From: the human T2T-CHM13v2.0 reference genome, Homo sapiens
Assembly (NCBI RefSeq): GCF_009914755.1
Contig: NC_060930.1
Reading direction: 5' to 3' (one strand)
Length of the DNA: 64,000 nucleotides
The notes under the pieces were generated by a model. The model was not told the DNA's origin. It saw only the letters and a program-made list of their open reading frames with translations, and searched no databases. Position 1 is the first letter of the stretch. Each line of letters starts with the position of its first letter. Made by a program: the position numbers and the translations under genes. This document shows, piece after piece, positions 40,366 through 54,964 of this stretch.

Positions 40366-42714
40366 AAAAAAATTTGATTACCCCCAGGTTGCCATGTTGT
40401 AAGGAAGCCCAAGCTAGTCATACAGAAAACTACATGGACAGAAGAGTGTTTGACCAATCCCAGCTGATCAAGTGGGATGATAAGTGGTCATTTTTAGATA
40501 TTATGTAACACAGCTCAATCTCTGGCCACAATAACTAAGATGCTCAATAAGGAAATTAAACTCTTTTCTACCTATAAATATCTTATCACACTGGAATTCA
40601 CTTAAAATCTAGAATAGCATTATTTAGATTAAGTCTGGATGTAGATTGCAGAATTGTAGATGAGGCTACTTTACTACAGTTTCTCTGTTTTCACTTTTGG
40701 GTACAGTTTTTCTTGATTCAGAGACTTACAAATTTAAGACGAGTTATCTGCTCATCCATATTCTCAATATGAAAAGTTAAGCAGAGACAGAAATACTACA
40801 ACAGATAAACATTCTTAAAAAAGGAGAGAAGAAGAAAGGTATATAGCACAGATCAGTCCATAGTACTTCTGTGACCCTTCCTCTGCAAGCCATAAGTCGT
40901 GGCTCACGTTGCAGGTGAATAATTTTCTTAGCCAGCTTCCTGCCAGACACACAAATCTCTCAGAATTATGTTCTCTCTACCATGAGGTAAGAGTTAAGAT
41001 ATGTCCTCATGATTTAAAAATATATTTATCTACCTGAGGGGTCTACATTCCTCTGCCTTAGATGATTCTTAACAAAGGGTTTAAAAACCATGCACCCTTG
41101 ATCTTGACCTGAACCCTACTTTTACTGGTAATGTCCTGGATTCAATAATGGCTCTGAGTCTATTTTGAAAACTTTTTACCAGCTGGAAGTCTGAAAATAA
41201 GAATCTTATTTATTTTCCAACACAGTACTCCTGTGTTAAAAATATTTTTTCTAAATTTTGGTTAAAAACAGTCCCATCGTCAACTCATCTCTTATTTCCT
41301 GTTTTATCATAGGCCAGTAAATGAAGCTATTTGGTAACTTCCACATTTTGTCCTGAAATCTTAGCCTAGTTAATAAGGTCATGCTGTATATTTTCTATCT
41401 TTCACATTGGCACAAGCAACAGTGATCCCAGTATTTGGTCAATATATAATACAGTTTCCATTTCTCCAGCTCCAGTACAAATTTCCTCACTGATCTTACA
41501 GACATCATTAAAATTTTCTGTTTTTGCAACCTCTTTCCAAAATAGTCTCAATGGCACAAAACTGTTTTATTTATGGTAGCATCTCACTTCTAGGTACTAA
41601 TTTCTGTTTCAATTGTCTCTATCTGTAACAAACAACTGACTTAGAGACTTAACAAATAAAAACCTATTATTATTTCTCATGAATCTGCATATTGTATGCA
41701 TGGTTCTGCTGCTCCACATTTTGTTGACTGGAGTTACTGATCAACTGACCCCTTCAGTATTATGATAATCATTTTTACTTCTGGTCTGGGATCTATTTGT
41801 TCTAATATGAATATAGATCATCACATTTTTATGCCTTTTTTTGAACAGTATATCTGTCTTTCTTGCAACTTATCTATGTCTTTATATTTACCTGCATTTC
41901 TTGTAGATTGAATAAAGCTGGGCCTTGATTTTTTTATCCAGATGAATAATCTATACCTCGGTTGGATTTTTGTCTAGTTCATTGACATTTTATGGAATTA
42001 TTTTGATCATTGAATTTATGTTTACCATTTGCTTTTTGTAATTTGGCCTATTGTTTTTTGTTGTAATTTTCTTGCTTTCATTTCTGTTTTATTTTGGTTA
42101 AATATTTTTATTATTTCATTGATATAGCCATCCCTTTTTAAATTTTTTTTTACTTGTTGCTCTTTGGAATGCCTTTTGCATAATCCATTTAAATTTGCAC
42201 TACTACACATATAAGAATTTTACACCAGTATGGTTCAATTTATCACATTTGCTATATTATTGTCATATTTGTTATGTTTATTATTTATAAATCCACCATT
42301 CAGCATTATAACATTTGTCTTAAACAGTTGCATGTGTTTTAAAAAATAAAAATTTTGTATATTCTAGTGTATGTGCCTACATATTTTTCATTTTCAAAGA
42401 CTTCATGTCTTTCTGTAAGTTTCCACTTGGTGCTATTTCCCTTTATGCTGAAGAAATTCTTTAAGATTTTATTAGCTTAATATTTATTTTATTAAAATTA
42501 TTATATATATGTTTACGAGATACTTTAAAACTACACATTTGGCTAACATTTTAATTTATTTCTGTTGGGAAGCACTGGCCTCGGTTATGTCTATGTAAAC
42601 GTGAATGTGTATTAAATTTCCTGAGGGTCATGTGAAAATTCAATTTCTGATTCTATAGGACCGGGATGGCCTGAAAATCTAGATATCTTTTGATTTTATT
42701 CTACATTTTAAAAT

Positions 42715-44145
42715 TACTGTGATTTTTTGTTAAATCATAACTGTATACATCATGGGGTACAATGTGATGTTTTGATATACGTATACAAAGTTCAATGATT
42801 AAATTGAGCTAATTAATATATCTATTACTTCATTTATCATTTTTTATGGGGAGAAATTTGAAAGTTACTCTTATTTTGAAATATACACATGTAGTAAGTG
42901 TTTAAAGCAAATTTTATAAGGGTGAATTGTGATGCTTATAAATAACATAACTAAGTGTAATAAATATGACAATAGTACAGCAAATGAAGTAAATGGGACT
43001 ATACTGGTATATTATTTTTATATCAGTGTGTCATAGTACAAATGAACTCTAAATGGAGTATGTTAATGGTAATCTAAAGTACTTTATTATTCACTGTAGT
43101 TACACTGCTATGTAATAGATTTCAAATCTTATGCCTCTTTTTGAAGCTTTGTACCCTTTTATCAACAATTCCTAATTCCCTCCTGCGCCCCTCCTCCAGT
43201 CTCTGGTAAGCATTATTTTGCTCTCTGCTACTATGAGTTTAACGTTTTTAGATTTCATATGTAAGTGAGATTATTTGGTACTTTTCTTTCAGTGTCTGGA
43301 TTATTTTATTTAACATAATGTTCTCCCTATAGGTTAATCAATGTTGTCACAAAAGTTCTTTTTCAATAATATTTCATTTATGCATATATATATATGACAT
43401 TTTATTTATCCATTCTTCCATTGACAGACACTTAGGTTGATTCCATCTCCTGACTATTGTGAATAATGCTGCAATGATGTGGGCATGCAAATATCCCTTC
43501 AACATACAGATTTCACATCCTTTGCATACATACCCAGAAATGGAATTATTTGATCATATGCTAGTTATATTTTTTAGTTTTTTGAGGAATCTCCGTACCA
43601 TTTTTCATGATGGTTTTACTAATTTACATTCTCAGAATGTGTAAGTTCCCTTTTTCCTGCATCCTCAACAAAACTTATTATTTTTCACCTTTTGATAATA
43701 ATAAGAGCCATGCTAAGAGGAGTAAAGTGATATTTCGTTGTGGTTTTTATAATATTTGTATTTCCCTCATGCTTAGTGATACTGAGCATTTTTAAATGTA
43801 TCTGTTTGCCATTTTTATGTCTGCTTTTGAGAAACGTCTGTTCAGATCCTTTGCCTATTTTTCAACCAGGTTGTGTGTTTTTTGTTATAGAGTTGTTTTT
43901 GTTCCTTATATATTTTGGATATTAATTCCTTATCATATGTACGGTTTGAAAATAATGTTTTCCTTTCTGTGGGTTGTCCTCATTTTGTTTGCTTTGCCAT
44001 GCAGAAGCTTTTTACCTTGATTTCATCCCATTTGTCTAATTTTGCCTTTGTTGCCTGTGCTTTTGGAGTCATATACAAAATATCCTTGCCCAATCCAATT
44101 TTGTGGAGATTTTCCCCTATATTTTCTTCTAGTAATTTTACTATA
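42715..44145 (-). mobile_element. L1MA-type 3' end, antisense (composite with another fragment)
   Basis: ggggtacaatgtgatgttttgatatac...gacacttaggttgattccatctcc...ttttgagaaacgtctgttcagatcctttgcc. Confidence 0.75.
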
Positions 44146-45000
44146 GTGAAAATATTCTGAGGATGAAGTCTCTCTAGTAATAATTATATTCTTGACATCG
44201 TGCTGATATGTTGCATTGTCTCTGGATTCTGTTTTCTTCCTTTAAGCAATGATGTTATTTATTACAGAATGATGTTATCACATCTGAACTCAAATGCCAT
44301 ACCCCACCTCAATGTATTTGGAAGCAGCCACAACCACTCAGCTCCTCATACTTTCAGTGGTTGCTTCCACTGGGGAAAATTGAGATTCCCTATGTGTGTG
44401 TCATTCAGGCATTAACAAAGGATTTGTGCAATTTGTATTTTGGTACCCTTCCTTATGTGGTGTCCTTTCTTGAATTCCCCAGCCCCTTCACTTTTCTGCC
44501 ATTCTGGGAGCCTCAAATTGTCCTGTGACTCTTCTACACTTAAAATTGCAGCTTTCTCCTATTGTTTTCACTGCCCATACATATCAGACTGAAGGTAGCC
44601 CTCAGGTGAAAAGCAATAGAAATACACATTTTACTCAGCAGAGCTTCTTTCTTTCAAAGCTTGACTCCTCTTTAATTTCTGTCTGCTTCTGGTAACTCTT
44701 TAGTGCCTTAAAACAGTTGTTTTCATGATCTGTTTAGAGTTCACAATTGTCATCTGAAGAATGGTTTGTCTATATGCTATTCCACCATTGCCAGAAGCCT
44801 CCAGGATTACTGTTTGCCTTTTTGTGTGTGTGCTCTCCTAAGTCCACAATATCTTAGATTTCTGAACACTCTGATCTTTGACAAAATACAATTTTCATAG
44901 TGCAATGTTTTCTAAATCATTTATTTCCATTTAACTCTGTGCTTCTCACTTGAATCAACCTCCCACTGTGATAGTTTTCCAAAACCTTGCCATTGTATCC

Positions 45001-45550
45001 TGCTATAGTCTGAATGCTTGTAACACTCCACAGCCCCGAATTTTTATGTTGAAATCTGATTTCCAATGTGAAAGTTTTGGAGATGGAGTCTTTGGGGGCA
45101 TGATGACATTCTGAGAGGGAAAACCTCTCGAATAATTTCTGAGGTGTATAAGAAATTCGAGTCCTTATAAAAGAGACTACAGTCCTTATAGAAGAGATCC
45201 TTCATCCCTTCTGCCATGTCAGGTTACAGTGAGAAGATAACCACATATGAGGAAGTGAGCTGGTACCAGACACCAAAACTGTTTGTGCCTTGATGCTTGA
45301 CTTTGCAGCCTCCAGAACCATGACAAATATGTTTGTTGTTTATAAGCCACTTAGTCTATGGAATTTAAGATATGGACTCTGAAATATTTGCTAAGAGGTT
45401 TAATTGTCCTAGAGGGTTTGGCTCAAGAACAGCTGTAGAATGGCTAGGGATGTAGCTGGTAGATGTAGATGTGTTTAGAATTTAACAATTAGGGTTAAAC
45501 AGCTAGGGATGTAGTTGGTAGATTTGTTATAGCACTGCAAACAAACTCAC
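45001..45550 (+). mobile_element. MLT1A-like LTR carrying a ~155-bp foreign insertion
   Basis: tgctatagtctgaatgcttg start; gcagcctccagaacc...tttataagccacttagtctatgg | insertion | tttgttatagca end. Confidence 0.75.
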
Positions 45551-46392
45551 CCTTTTGTTATTAACAACCTTTCTTATATTATTTATTGAATATACTTTTA
45601 CCTTATTGCTTCATTAAAACCTGTTTCATTATTATTGCATCATATTCCTTTTGTCCCTCTTAAGCAACAGTTTTTTTCTATATCAATAAAACTTCAGACT
45701 CAAGAGGTGGGATTACATTCCCCTGGTTATTCATTGACACAAAGAACCTATTAATTTCTCTTTATTTCCTCAATTCTGGACTACTCCAACTTTTTAATTC
45801 TATGCAACTCCTCTTAGGCTACAGAGCACCAATAGAGAAAAATCACACAAGTTTGAAGACTGATGTCAAGAAATGTGTGAACTGGACTTCAATAGTGCCT
45901 AAATTTTTATAATGGAAGACTCTTCCAGGGAAAAGAGACAGAACCTCAGTAGAATCAACATTGGTACAGTGATAAATTTATTAGCTCAAGTAGCAAATCA
46001 TGAGAGTAGAAGTGCATTCGGCTCAGGTACATTAGGGACTATAACTTTGCCATATCTGTTTGTCTTTTTATAGCTTTCCTTATTATTATTATGATTCTAT
46101 CCTTCTATGAACTTTTTTCTTCCAACTTGAGGACTTCCTTTTGCCAGTAATTGTAAATTCATGTTTCATATGGTCAATGTCAAATAAAGTCTGAGCAACA
46201 TTTTCCCAAATTCTTCATTCAAGATTCCAAGAATAATTTTTGATGTGGTTGAGGGTAGATATTAACTCTAGTCAAACTAGCAACTCCTAAAGAAAAATGT
46301 GGTTAGGAAAATCATTTTCAAGTGAAATAGACACTATCACCAGCATACAGGAAAATGTATATTCATTTAAATGTGAAAAGTTTTATACTCTC

Positions 46393-46803
46393 TGATATGG
46401 TTTGGCTATGTGTTCCCACCCAAAACTCTTGTTGAATTCTCAAAGTTGGGGAGGAACCTGGTGGAAGGTGTTTGTATTATGGGGGCAGATGCCCCATAAA
46501 TGGCTTTCGTCACCCCTTTGTGATAAGTGAGCTCTCATTTTGAGTTCATGGGAGATCTGGTCATTTAAAAGTGTATGGCACCTTCGCCCCTGCCCCACTC
46601 TCTCTATCCTCTTGCCATGCAATGTGAAGTTGTGCTTGCTTCCCCTTCACCTTCTGCTGTGATTCTAAGTTTTCTGAGGCCTCTGCAGCCATCCCTCCTG
46701 TACAGCCTGCGGAACTATGAGTCAATTAAACCTCTTTTTTTTTTTTTATAAACTACCCAGTCTCAGGTAATTCTTTATAGCATTTTGAGAATAGATTAAT
46801 ATA
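46393..46803 (+). mobile_element. MST-type solo LTR
   Basis: tgatatggtttggc...cccagtctcaggtaattctttatagc; TSD ctctc/ctttc. Confidence 0.85.
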
Positions 46804-49800
46804 CTTTCCTTGAATTATAAATTGTTATTTTTCTAGTCAGTCACAGAATATAACCATACCTCCAAATTCCAGAGAACATGGATTTCATCAAATAACTCCC
46901 TCAAATTTCTACCAGTAAAACCTCTAGTCTTACCTATATCTCCATCCATACTTTGTATTTGGTTACTTTATTACCAAAGAACGACAGATTCATCACTGTT
47001 GATCTTGACAAAGTCCAATTTATTAATTTTTCCATTTCTGGATCCTGTTTTTTGTTTCAAATCTAAGAATTCTTTGAATAGCTCTAAGTCCCAAATATTT
47101 TCTCTTATGTTTTATTCTAAAAGATTTATGATTATATGTTTCACATTTAAATCTATGACCATTTATATTTAAGATGACATTTAATGTTATCACCAGATTT
47201 GTAGATTACCATCATACCACATTCCACTGCCCTCTCTGTTAATTATCTTCTCTACCTCCTGAAGTTGTAGTTTCTACTTCTGGTCTAACATCTTCCTATG
47301 CACACATTAGGATTACTAAGTGTGATTGGATCCTAGCAGGCAAGAGATGATGCAATTGAACTCAGAAATGTGTGGGGAATTTAATAAGGGACTACTTACA
47401 AAGTGCGGCAGAGCATGTGAAAACCACCAGAAATAGAATGAGGTCTTTTCTGCCACCCAGGAGCTGAGTGGAGGTAGCTGAGTGGATGGTGCTAGAACCT
47501 AAGGCAGAGGAGCTGTGTGGAGACCACTGCCTTAGGGAAGATAACCTGATCAGTGGAGGGGCATAGCCAGCTTGAGGCAAAACACAGAGGGAAATGAGGT
47601 GATAAATGTATTTGCATCTGTCTCTTCCTTTCCTCTTATTTCATATTGGGGCTCCCATTTGCCAAACTCAAAAGAAAGCATGGAAAATACAGGTCATGTA
47701 GTGTAGCTTCTTGGACACTGAGTAGATCTGAAAGGGTTAATGGAAGATAGCCATAGTCTCTTAAGCCCCATAACATTTTGATAAACAAATCTTGCTTTTG
47801 TCTCACGTTCCCCCTATTTAGCCTCGTTTCTCCTTACCACTTTTCTACCAAATATTTTCAAGAAGGAATCTAGTTTTACTATTGCCACTTTTTCATTTCA
47901 TCTGTACAGTCCCAAATATATCATCATCAATGACTAAACTCCACTGAAAACTCTTCTTGTGAAGGTTACCAAGGCCACTTTAGTAATAGTTCTCTGGACC
48001 ATTTTCACACCAAATCACATTGGACTGTCCAATCCTATTTAGGACTTTCTTACTACTTCTTCCTAATTGGAACTCTCCCATCTTTTGTGTTCATCTTTGG
48101 CTTCTCATTGTGTGTTCCTTTCCCGATCCAGCCTTTATATTTTAGTATTTCTTAGTAACCAATCCTATGAAAAAACTTGACCATTCCATATATACTTCTT
48201 TTTGACTGGTGATTTATAAAACGATAGTCCTTCTAGAACTTTCTCCTATGCTTCAGATGCACATACTAGGATTATTTAAAGGAAACCTTGATTTTAATAA
48301 TTTACAATCTGACAGATTCAGTATGCTTGAAGCTCTCCTGATCTCCCTCTTCATTAAATGTGCTTCTTCCACTCCTGTTTCCCTAAAGCAACAATCCATT
48401 TATCCGACCTAGGAAACTGAACATCATTTTCTTTTTTTCTTACTTTACACATCTGAACACCACAACATTCTAACCTATTTTGTCTGTAACCTAAATATCT
48501 CCTGAAATTATCCAATTACCTAACTCAAGCCCTGTTTCCATACCTCTACAATAGACCACAGCTTGATTTCTGCAAGCAGTTAATTTTTTCTTTCCAGTGT
48601 GCCATAAGTAGATTTTAGGTGCCTTGTCACAAAAAGAAAAGTAACCACATGAGATGATAGATGTGTTAATCTGCTTCGCTATAGTAACCATTTTACTATC
48701 TATATGTATCCCATAAATCATGTTGTAAATCTCAAATACACAAAAGAAAATTAATTCAAAAGAAGAAAAAAATCAAATTCTACTTTATAATTTAGAATAA
48801 TCTCCCCAAATTTATGTTTAATTTTCCCCAGATTAATGACTTCGCATTGCCCCTAATATTCCTTGGGTGACAGTTCTGGTTTGAATTCTGTTGAAAACTC
48901 CAGCTTCATGTTCTCAGAGTAATTTTAGCTAAACTGAATGTCTTTGAGGTCTTTGAATTCCCACAGGTTCTTTTGCCTCTGCTCCCTATTTTATTTAAAT
49001 TTATTCCAGGAACATGTATAATACGAGGATATGCATGGCAGTTTAGCACTTATCAATATATACTTCTTTCAATTTAAAGGGAAAAGACCATTTTTCACAT
49101 GCTGGGAAATAGGTAGTTGACACATTTGAATAGATTTGAACAACCTGAAAAGCATATATAGTGAAAAAGTTTAAAAGTTGAGGACAGAATGCTGAATAAT
49201 ATCACAGTTTAAGGGTGAGTATTGTGCTGGAAATGAAGAAAGGTACCCATTTAGAAAACAATAGCGTTGTTATTACTTTCCAATTTTTCAAAGCTTTCAG
49301 ACCATTATGAATTCAATGCAAACAACCCTTCTCTGTGATTTTTAACTTAATTATAATTTTGTCTCATTGTTAGAGTGTCAGGAGTACATTTTCTCCTTTT
49401 GACAATGCAAATAAAAATGATTAGTATAAAACGTACGGTATAGTTAAACATTTCTCTAAGTTTACCAGACCTGTCATCCTATTGTTGCACATAATAGGTA
49501 ACTCAGCTGGGATGGGCCGTACATTAACTTGTTGATAAAACCATATAATATGTTTATACTTATGGTCAATTACAGTACTTTTTCACTTGATATGCTAACT
49601 TTACAGAAAATATAGTCAAATATAATTACCCACCCAAATGGAGCAGTCAATAGGTTATAAAGGAAGAAGGAATAATAGGTCTGGTCCATTAACATGAAAT
49701 AAAATTAAAATAGTAGAATTAAATACATGTTTGGCCAAGATATTAAAGAGCTTTGAATCTAAAATAAAAATAAGAGAAAGGAATAAAAGAAGCAAAAAAA

Positions 49801-51052
49801 TATTTTGTTTTAAATGGTAGATAGAAATATTCACATCTTTCACTCAGGTTCCCTATATGCTTGCTGCCAAAATAACCTTAGCATGTTAGCACTTACAACG
49901 AACTAAAGGTAAGGATTTAATCACCAGGAAGAAGAACACAATACTGCTAATAAAAACCAATATTTGCTCCATATTTACTGTTTAATTGCTAGACAGAACA
50001 AATGAAAGACAAAATTAACTTCAACTATTTAACGAATCGTTTATTTTTTTTCTATTGGATTAATAACTTATTATGGACTCAGTATTTTACAGTTCATTCA
50101 ATTTATTTGACCACTCCTCCAAAATAATACTCATATTGTCATTTTCATTAAAGAAATTTAACTGACTTTTGGTTAATATTCTAAATTGATCTGGACTTTA
50201 ATACATTTCCAGAACATTAGAGATGGTTGTTTGGGTAGCCCAGCCAAAATATTTTATACTCCAAGAATCTTTAGTATAGCTGTAGATTGAGTAGACTGGA
50301 GCATTTAATTACAGCATCTGTAGATCCCCATTGTAGCTTGACACAAGAATGACTGAATATGGCCTGTGAAGGCTGAAAAACTAATTGCTCCATTATCTGC
50401 ACTCCAGTCTTTTTCACTTCACAAGCACTTAAAAATATATACTTAAATCTGCTTTCTAATTACAAGTTCCCATAACAGAGTGTCCCTATCCAGAAAACAG
50501 CATTATTACTCTGGCTTTCAACACACTTAAGCATTTTTATTTTGCTGAGTTTTGTTCTTCTTTGTTTACTTTCTTTTGTAAACATGTTTAATGGCTAATT
50601 ACCATTTCAGCTTTTTATATTAATTACTACACATTTAGAGACATGTGTCTTTAAATCTCTAGCAGATAAGACATTTGCTTTGCTCAAACATTATTTTCAT
50701 TTTACTTGTCTATACGTAGCTTTAGCAGAATGACATTCTTATTAAGTACTTACTTTCTTGAGAATCAAGCAATAATTTATGACAAAGCCTTATCTTTTTT
50801 GCATTAGCTACTGAAAACTTTTATATTTTAGAACAAAAGAGTAACAACTTATTTCTCAGCATCAATATATGACAGAAATATAAGGACAATTGTTTTAACA
50901 GTGATATATGCAACATTATTTTCCCCCAGAACTCCTTCATTTAATGAAATTCAATATGTGCAGGTTTCATTTTATGAATTATAAAGTCATCAACAATTTA
51001 GTTTGATGCCAGTAAATTCACATTTAAAAATCTGAATTGTGCATCATACTTT

Positions 51053-51440
51053 ATTTTTAAATTGACAAATTAAAAATGTATATATGTAGCATTCAATGTG
51101 ATGTTTTGATACATGTATACATTATGGAATGGCTAAATCAAGTTAATGAACACATGTATTACCTCACACACATTTTGAGGTGGTGAGAACACAAAATCTA
51201 ATCTGTAAGTAATTTTTAAGTATATAATACATTGTTTTAAACTATAGTCATCATGTTGTACAGGGCATCTTGAATTAAATAAATTCTCCTAACTGAAATT
51301 TTGTATCCTTTTACCAATACCTCCTCTTGGATGAACCTGGAGGACATCATGTTAAGCCAGGCACAAAGAGACAAATACCGCATGATCCCACTTATGTGTG
51401 GAATCTAAAAAAAGATAAAGTCATAGAATCAGAGAGTTGA
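51053..51440 (-). mobile_element. Short L1MA 3' fragment with 5' inversion
   Basis: Antisense L1MA 3' end (51053-~51325) joined to a sense piece (tggatgaacctggaggacatcatgttaag, ~51328-51440); flanked by atcatacttt / atcatacctt. Confidence 0.65.
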
Positions 51441-53246
51441 ATCATACCTTTCTGTAGGTACTAGCATTAACTTCATATAGATTACAGTATCACTGATATA
51501 TTAATAGGCAATATTAATATTAATAGGCAATTTGAGTATTGTGGTCTTTTCTACCCACTAAGAAAGCAGCCCTATTCCTGAAATGCACTTTGCTTCTTTA
51601 AATACTTCATTGGTAAGTAAGACACTTCCTCAATTTTGTCAGGAACAACATTTACATGGTAGGCAGTTATCTTCTCTTTACTTCCATTATATTTCATGGA
51701 CATTAGTTTTAGAATTTAAAACTGCTGATTGGGTAAGGGTTGCCTTATTGGTTAGCACTGATTATAATATATTTTAAGGAAATAGTTATAACTATGTGAA
51801 AAAATAGCATTTTTCACATACCCAACCCCATTTAGTTCTGGGGGAAAGATGAGTAAGTGTGCTTAATCCCAGGTGTGTGTGTTTTTATGTGTGTGTGCAT
51901 TTATGTATGTGCTTAATAATTACTTTTCTTATGTAGAAAGAAAATTTATACTTTGAGGCAGTATTTAATCTCATTTACTTTACACTCAAAACATAAAATC
52001 CCCTACTTAATACATTTTGTATATCAAGACAAATTTATACAAAATTCATTTTTGGAAGTGCTGGGCATAGAGGGCTTTTAATAAAGAGTGCCTCAGAAAG
52101 CCATCATTGGCCATGACAATAGACACGTTAATGACAACAGTGCTTATTAGGAATGACTTCCTCATATCTTTTTGTTTTAATTAAAATAGAAAATTGTGGT
52201 ATCCGAACATGGAAAATATGTATGCAGTCTGGATCCTGCTTTGCTACATGAAAAGCATGAGGTTTTGTTCAGGTATATTATAATAATTATATCAGGGAAA
52301 GTGAAAACTCATTTTTACATATTAAAATTTTTGTTCATTTCTGAAGAAAAATTAAGTCCACAGTAACAGAAAACCAAATAATACCCTTTCCTTCAAAAAG
52401 AAATACGTATTTGAAATTTATTTGCTAAGTTCAGTTTCTAAGACTAGAATTTGAAAGGGAGCCAGATTAAATCAAAGCCAACCACTTACGCCAGTGGATG
52501 AACACTTCATGGAAAAAGAATTGTATTAAGGGATTTATTTTCCACATTTATTTGTTTTTTAAAAAATGAAGAAAAAAGATTCTACAGATATCAAAAAATA
52601 TACAGCATTAATAACATTTTGTATGAAAGCTATGCTATTTTTGGAGGATCTGTAATTTTAGTACTAGAAACTAACATGCATAAAAACACTGCATTATTCA
52701 GCTCTGCAGAAGTAATTACACCAAGATTTTTCTAATTATTTTCTATTGTTCCCATAAATGGACTATATAATCACAATTCCCTTTTCGGACAAATACCTTT
52801 TTCCAGTATGTGCTTTAAAAAGTTATAACTGGTAATAAAACGTAACTTCTATAAATGGCAAAATGTTTGAACTAGGGTAAATTCTCAGAAAAACACTCAA
52901 ATTCTCAGAAAAACACTCAAGGTGCCATATCTTACAATTTCATGTATTTGCTAAACAGTCACTGTACATATTCTTTACATTTTCAAACAAATTCATAAAT
53001 GCATAAACTCATAAAGTTATGTATTATTATTATGCTACACATTTTACTCAAAATGAAACAGTTATGAATCTAACCTAGTACAATGGGGTAAGAGTCATCT
53101 ACTTCTTATATAAAAAAGATAGACATCATTTTATCAAAATATATGTTCATGCAAATAAGCATCTAATAGACAAAACTTGGACTATATCAACAGAAAGCCA
53201 CAATTAGCTCAAAAAATAGGTTATAGGTTATAGTTTGATCATTTTC

Positions 53247-53455
53247 TACACCAGGGGCCAGCAAATGTTTTCTATAGAGGACCAGATAGTAAATAATTTA
53301 GGATTTGCAAGCAAAGAGAACATATACTCTGTACTTGCGTCTGAAGCAGCCATCCACCATACATAAATGAATGAGTATAGTCGTGTTTTTGAGAGGCACA
53401 AAACAGGTAAAGGCCTGGATATTCTCCCACAGGACATATTTTGCTAACCTGTATC
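53247..53455. mobile_element. MER58A-like hAT DNA transposon
   Basis: caggggccagcaaatgttttctatagaggaccagatagtaaataatttagg...tttgctaacctg. Confidence 0.7.
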
Positions 53456-54576
53456 TATTGAATTCCAAACAAGTAAAGTTATCAAATTAGTGAATCAACT
53501 AAAAATTTACCAACTTAATCTTGTGATTTTAATGTGTCATTCTGGAGTTACATTGTTTATGTGTACTATTTTTCTTTCTTTGGGAAAAAGACTGTGAAAT
53601 CACTAACAGGCTCAGAGCGAATTTAATCAGAAAACAAAGAGTTTCTAAGTTTTACAAATAGAAATTATTTGAGCTTTTTGCATAGAAACTGAACTCATAG
53701 ATGGATTATATATACACTTTTTCAAAAATTGTATTTATTCATAACAATAAAAAATTCAATTCTAGTGAGGTATTCAAGGAAAGTCTTTCCTATTAGCATT
53801 CAAAGGTTAATTCTTAACAATGCTGGTTGCTGTAAAGAACAAAGTACCTTAACCTTAGTGGTGTAGCACAATAACAACTCATAAATTAATTTGTTTATCT
53901 CTCAGTATAATAGGGGTATTCCTGGTCTGTGAACATCTTTTCATATAAGAATTAGGGACCTATACTCTTCCATCTTCTGGCTTTTCTCTAGTTTTTCAGG
54001 CAACTCCAAGAAGAATGTAGAAGAAATGAAAAAGTTAAAAACTGTGAGATATTTTTATGAACCACATTGCAAGATAAAAACTACTATTGATTTTCTGTTG
54101 GTCAGAATTCATTCACGTGGTCTCATCTACATACAAGATAATTAAGCCTGTGCCTAGTAGCAAAAGAAAAAGATAAACATGTAGCCATCTTCTGATATAC
54201 CAGACATGTTTCCAGCTGAAAGATGTATAAGAATATAAACTGAATTAGAATGTATTTATGTCTAGGATAGGGTGTCTACAGTATAAATTTATGTGATGTG
54301 ATTACCAGAAAAATATTATACATTATTAGGTATGTGCATTTTAAAATAATTTAACCTTGTTTTTGCTTTTTTGTTTTATGTATGTACAGTTCCATTGAAC
54401 GTGTTAATGTACCATATAAAGCTAAGGCACTACCATTAACTGAAGAATCCTTTTCACTATAATTCATAGATTAAAATATTTAGTATTTAGTATATGAAGG
54501 TTAAAATATTTATGATTACCTAACATTTCTATTCATGCTTTGCAAATTCTGTTTTGTTTTAATGGAAAATATTTTG

Positions 54577-54914
54577 GTTTGGTTTTGGTTTTAGGTTTTC
54601 TTTTGTTACTGTTTTTTATTTGTTTATTGTATAAATGGGGTCTCACTTTGTCACTCAGGCTGGGCTGCAGTGGCACAATAATAATTCACAGAAGCCTCAA
54701 CCTTATGGGGTCAACCAATCCTCCTGCTTCAGCCTCCTGAGTAGCTAGGACCACAAGCATGCCACCACAACTGGCTCATTTTTCCTTTCTATTTCTTAGA
54801 GACAGGGATTTGCTATGTTGGCCACGCTGGTCTAGAACTTCTGGCTTCAAGCAATCCTTTTGCCTCAACCTCTCAATGTGCAGGGGCTACAGGTGTGAGC
54901 CACTATGTCCAGCC
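54577..54914 (-). mobile_element. AluJ, antisense
   Basis: Reverse Alu with T-rich tail; TSD taatg(g/t)aaaatattttg at 54560 and 54915. Confidence 0.88.
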
Positions 54915-54964
54915 TAATGTAAAATATTTTGAATCAGAAATTATTTGCAATTGTTTATTTGTAA

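Noticed and set aside
50230-50430. Unique-looking stretch as a possible exon
   Set aside because: Minus-strand reading shows no EGF/LamG motif or matched splice sites.
52480-52530. Minus-strand GTAAGT donor-like site
   Set aside because: No good acceptor or coding signal upstream; such hexamers are expected by chance.
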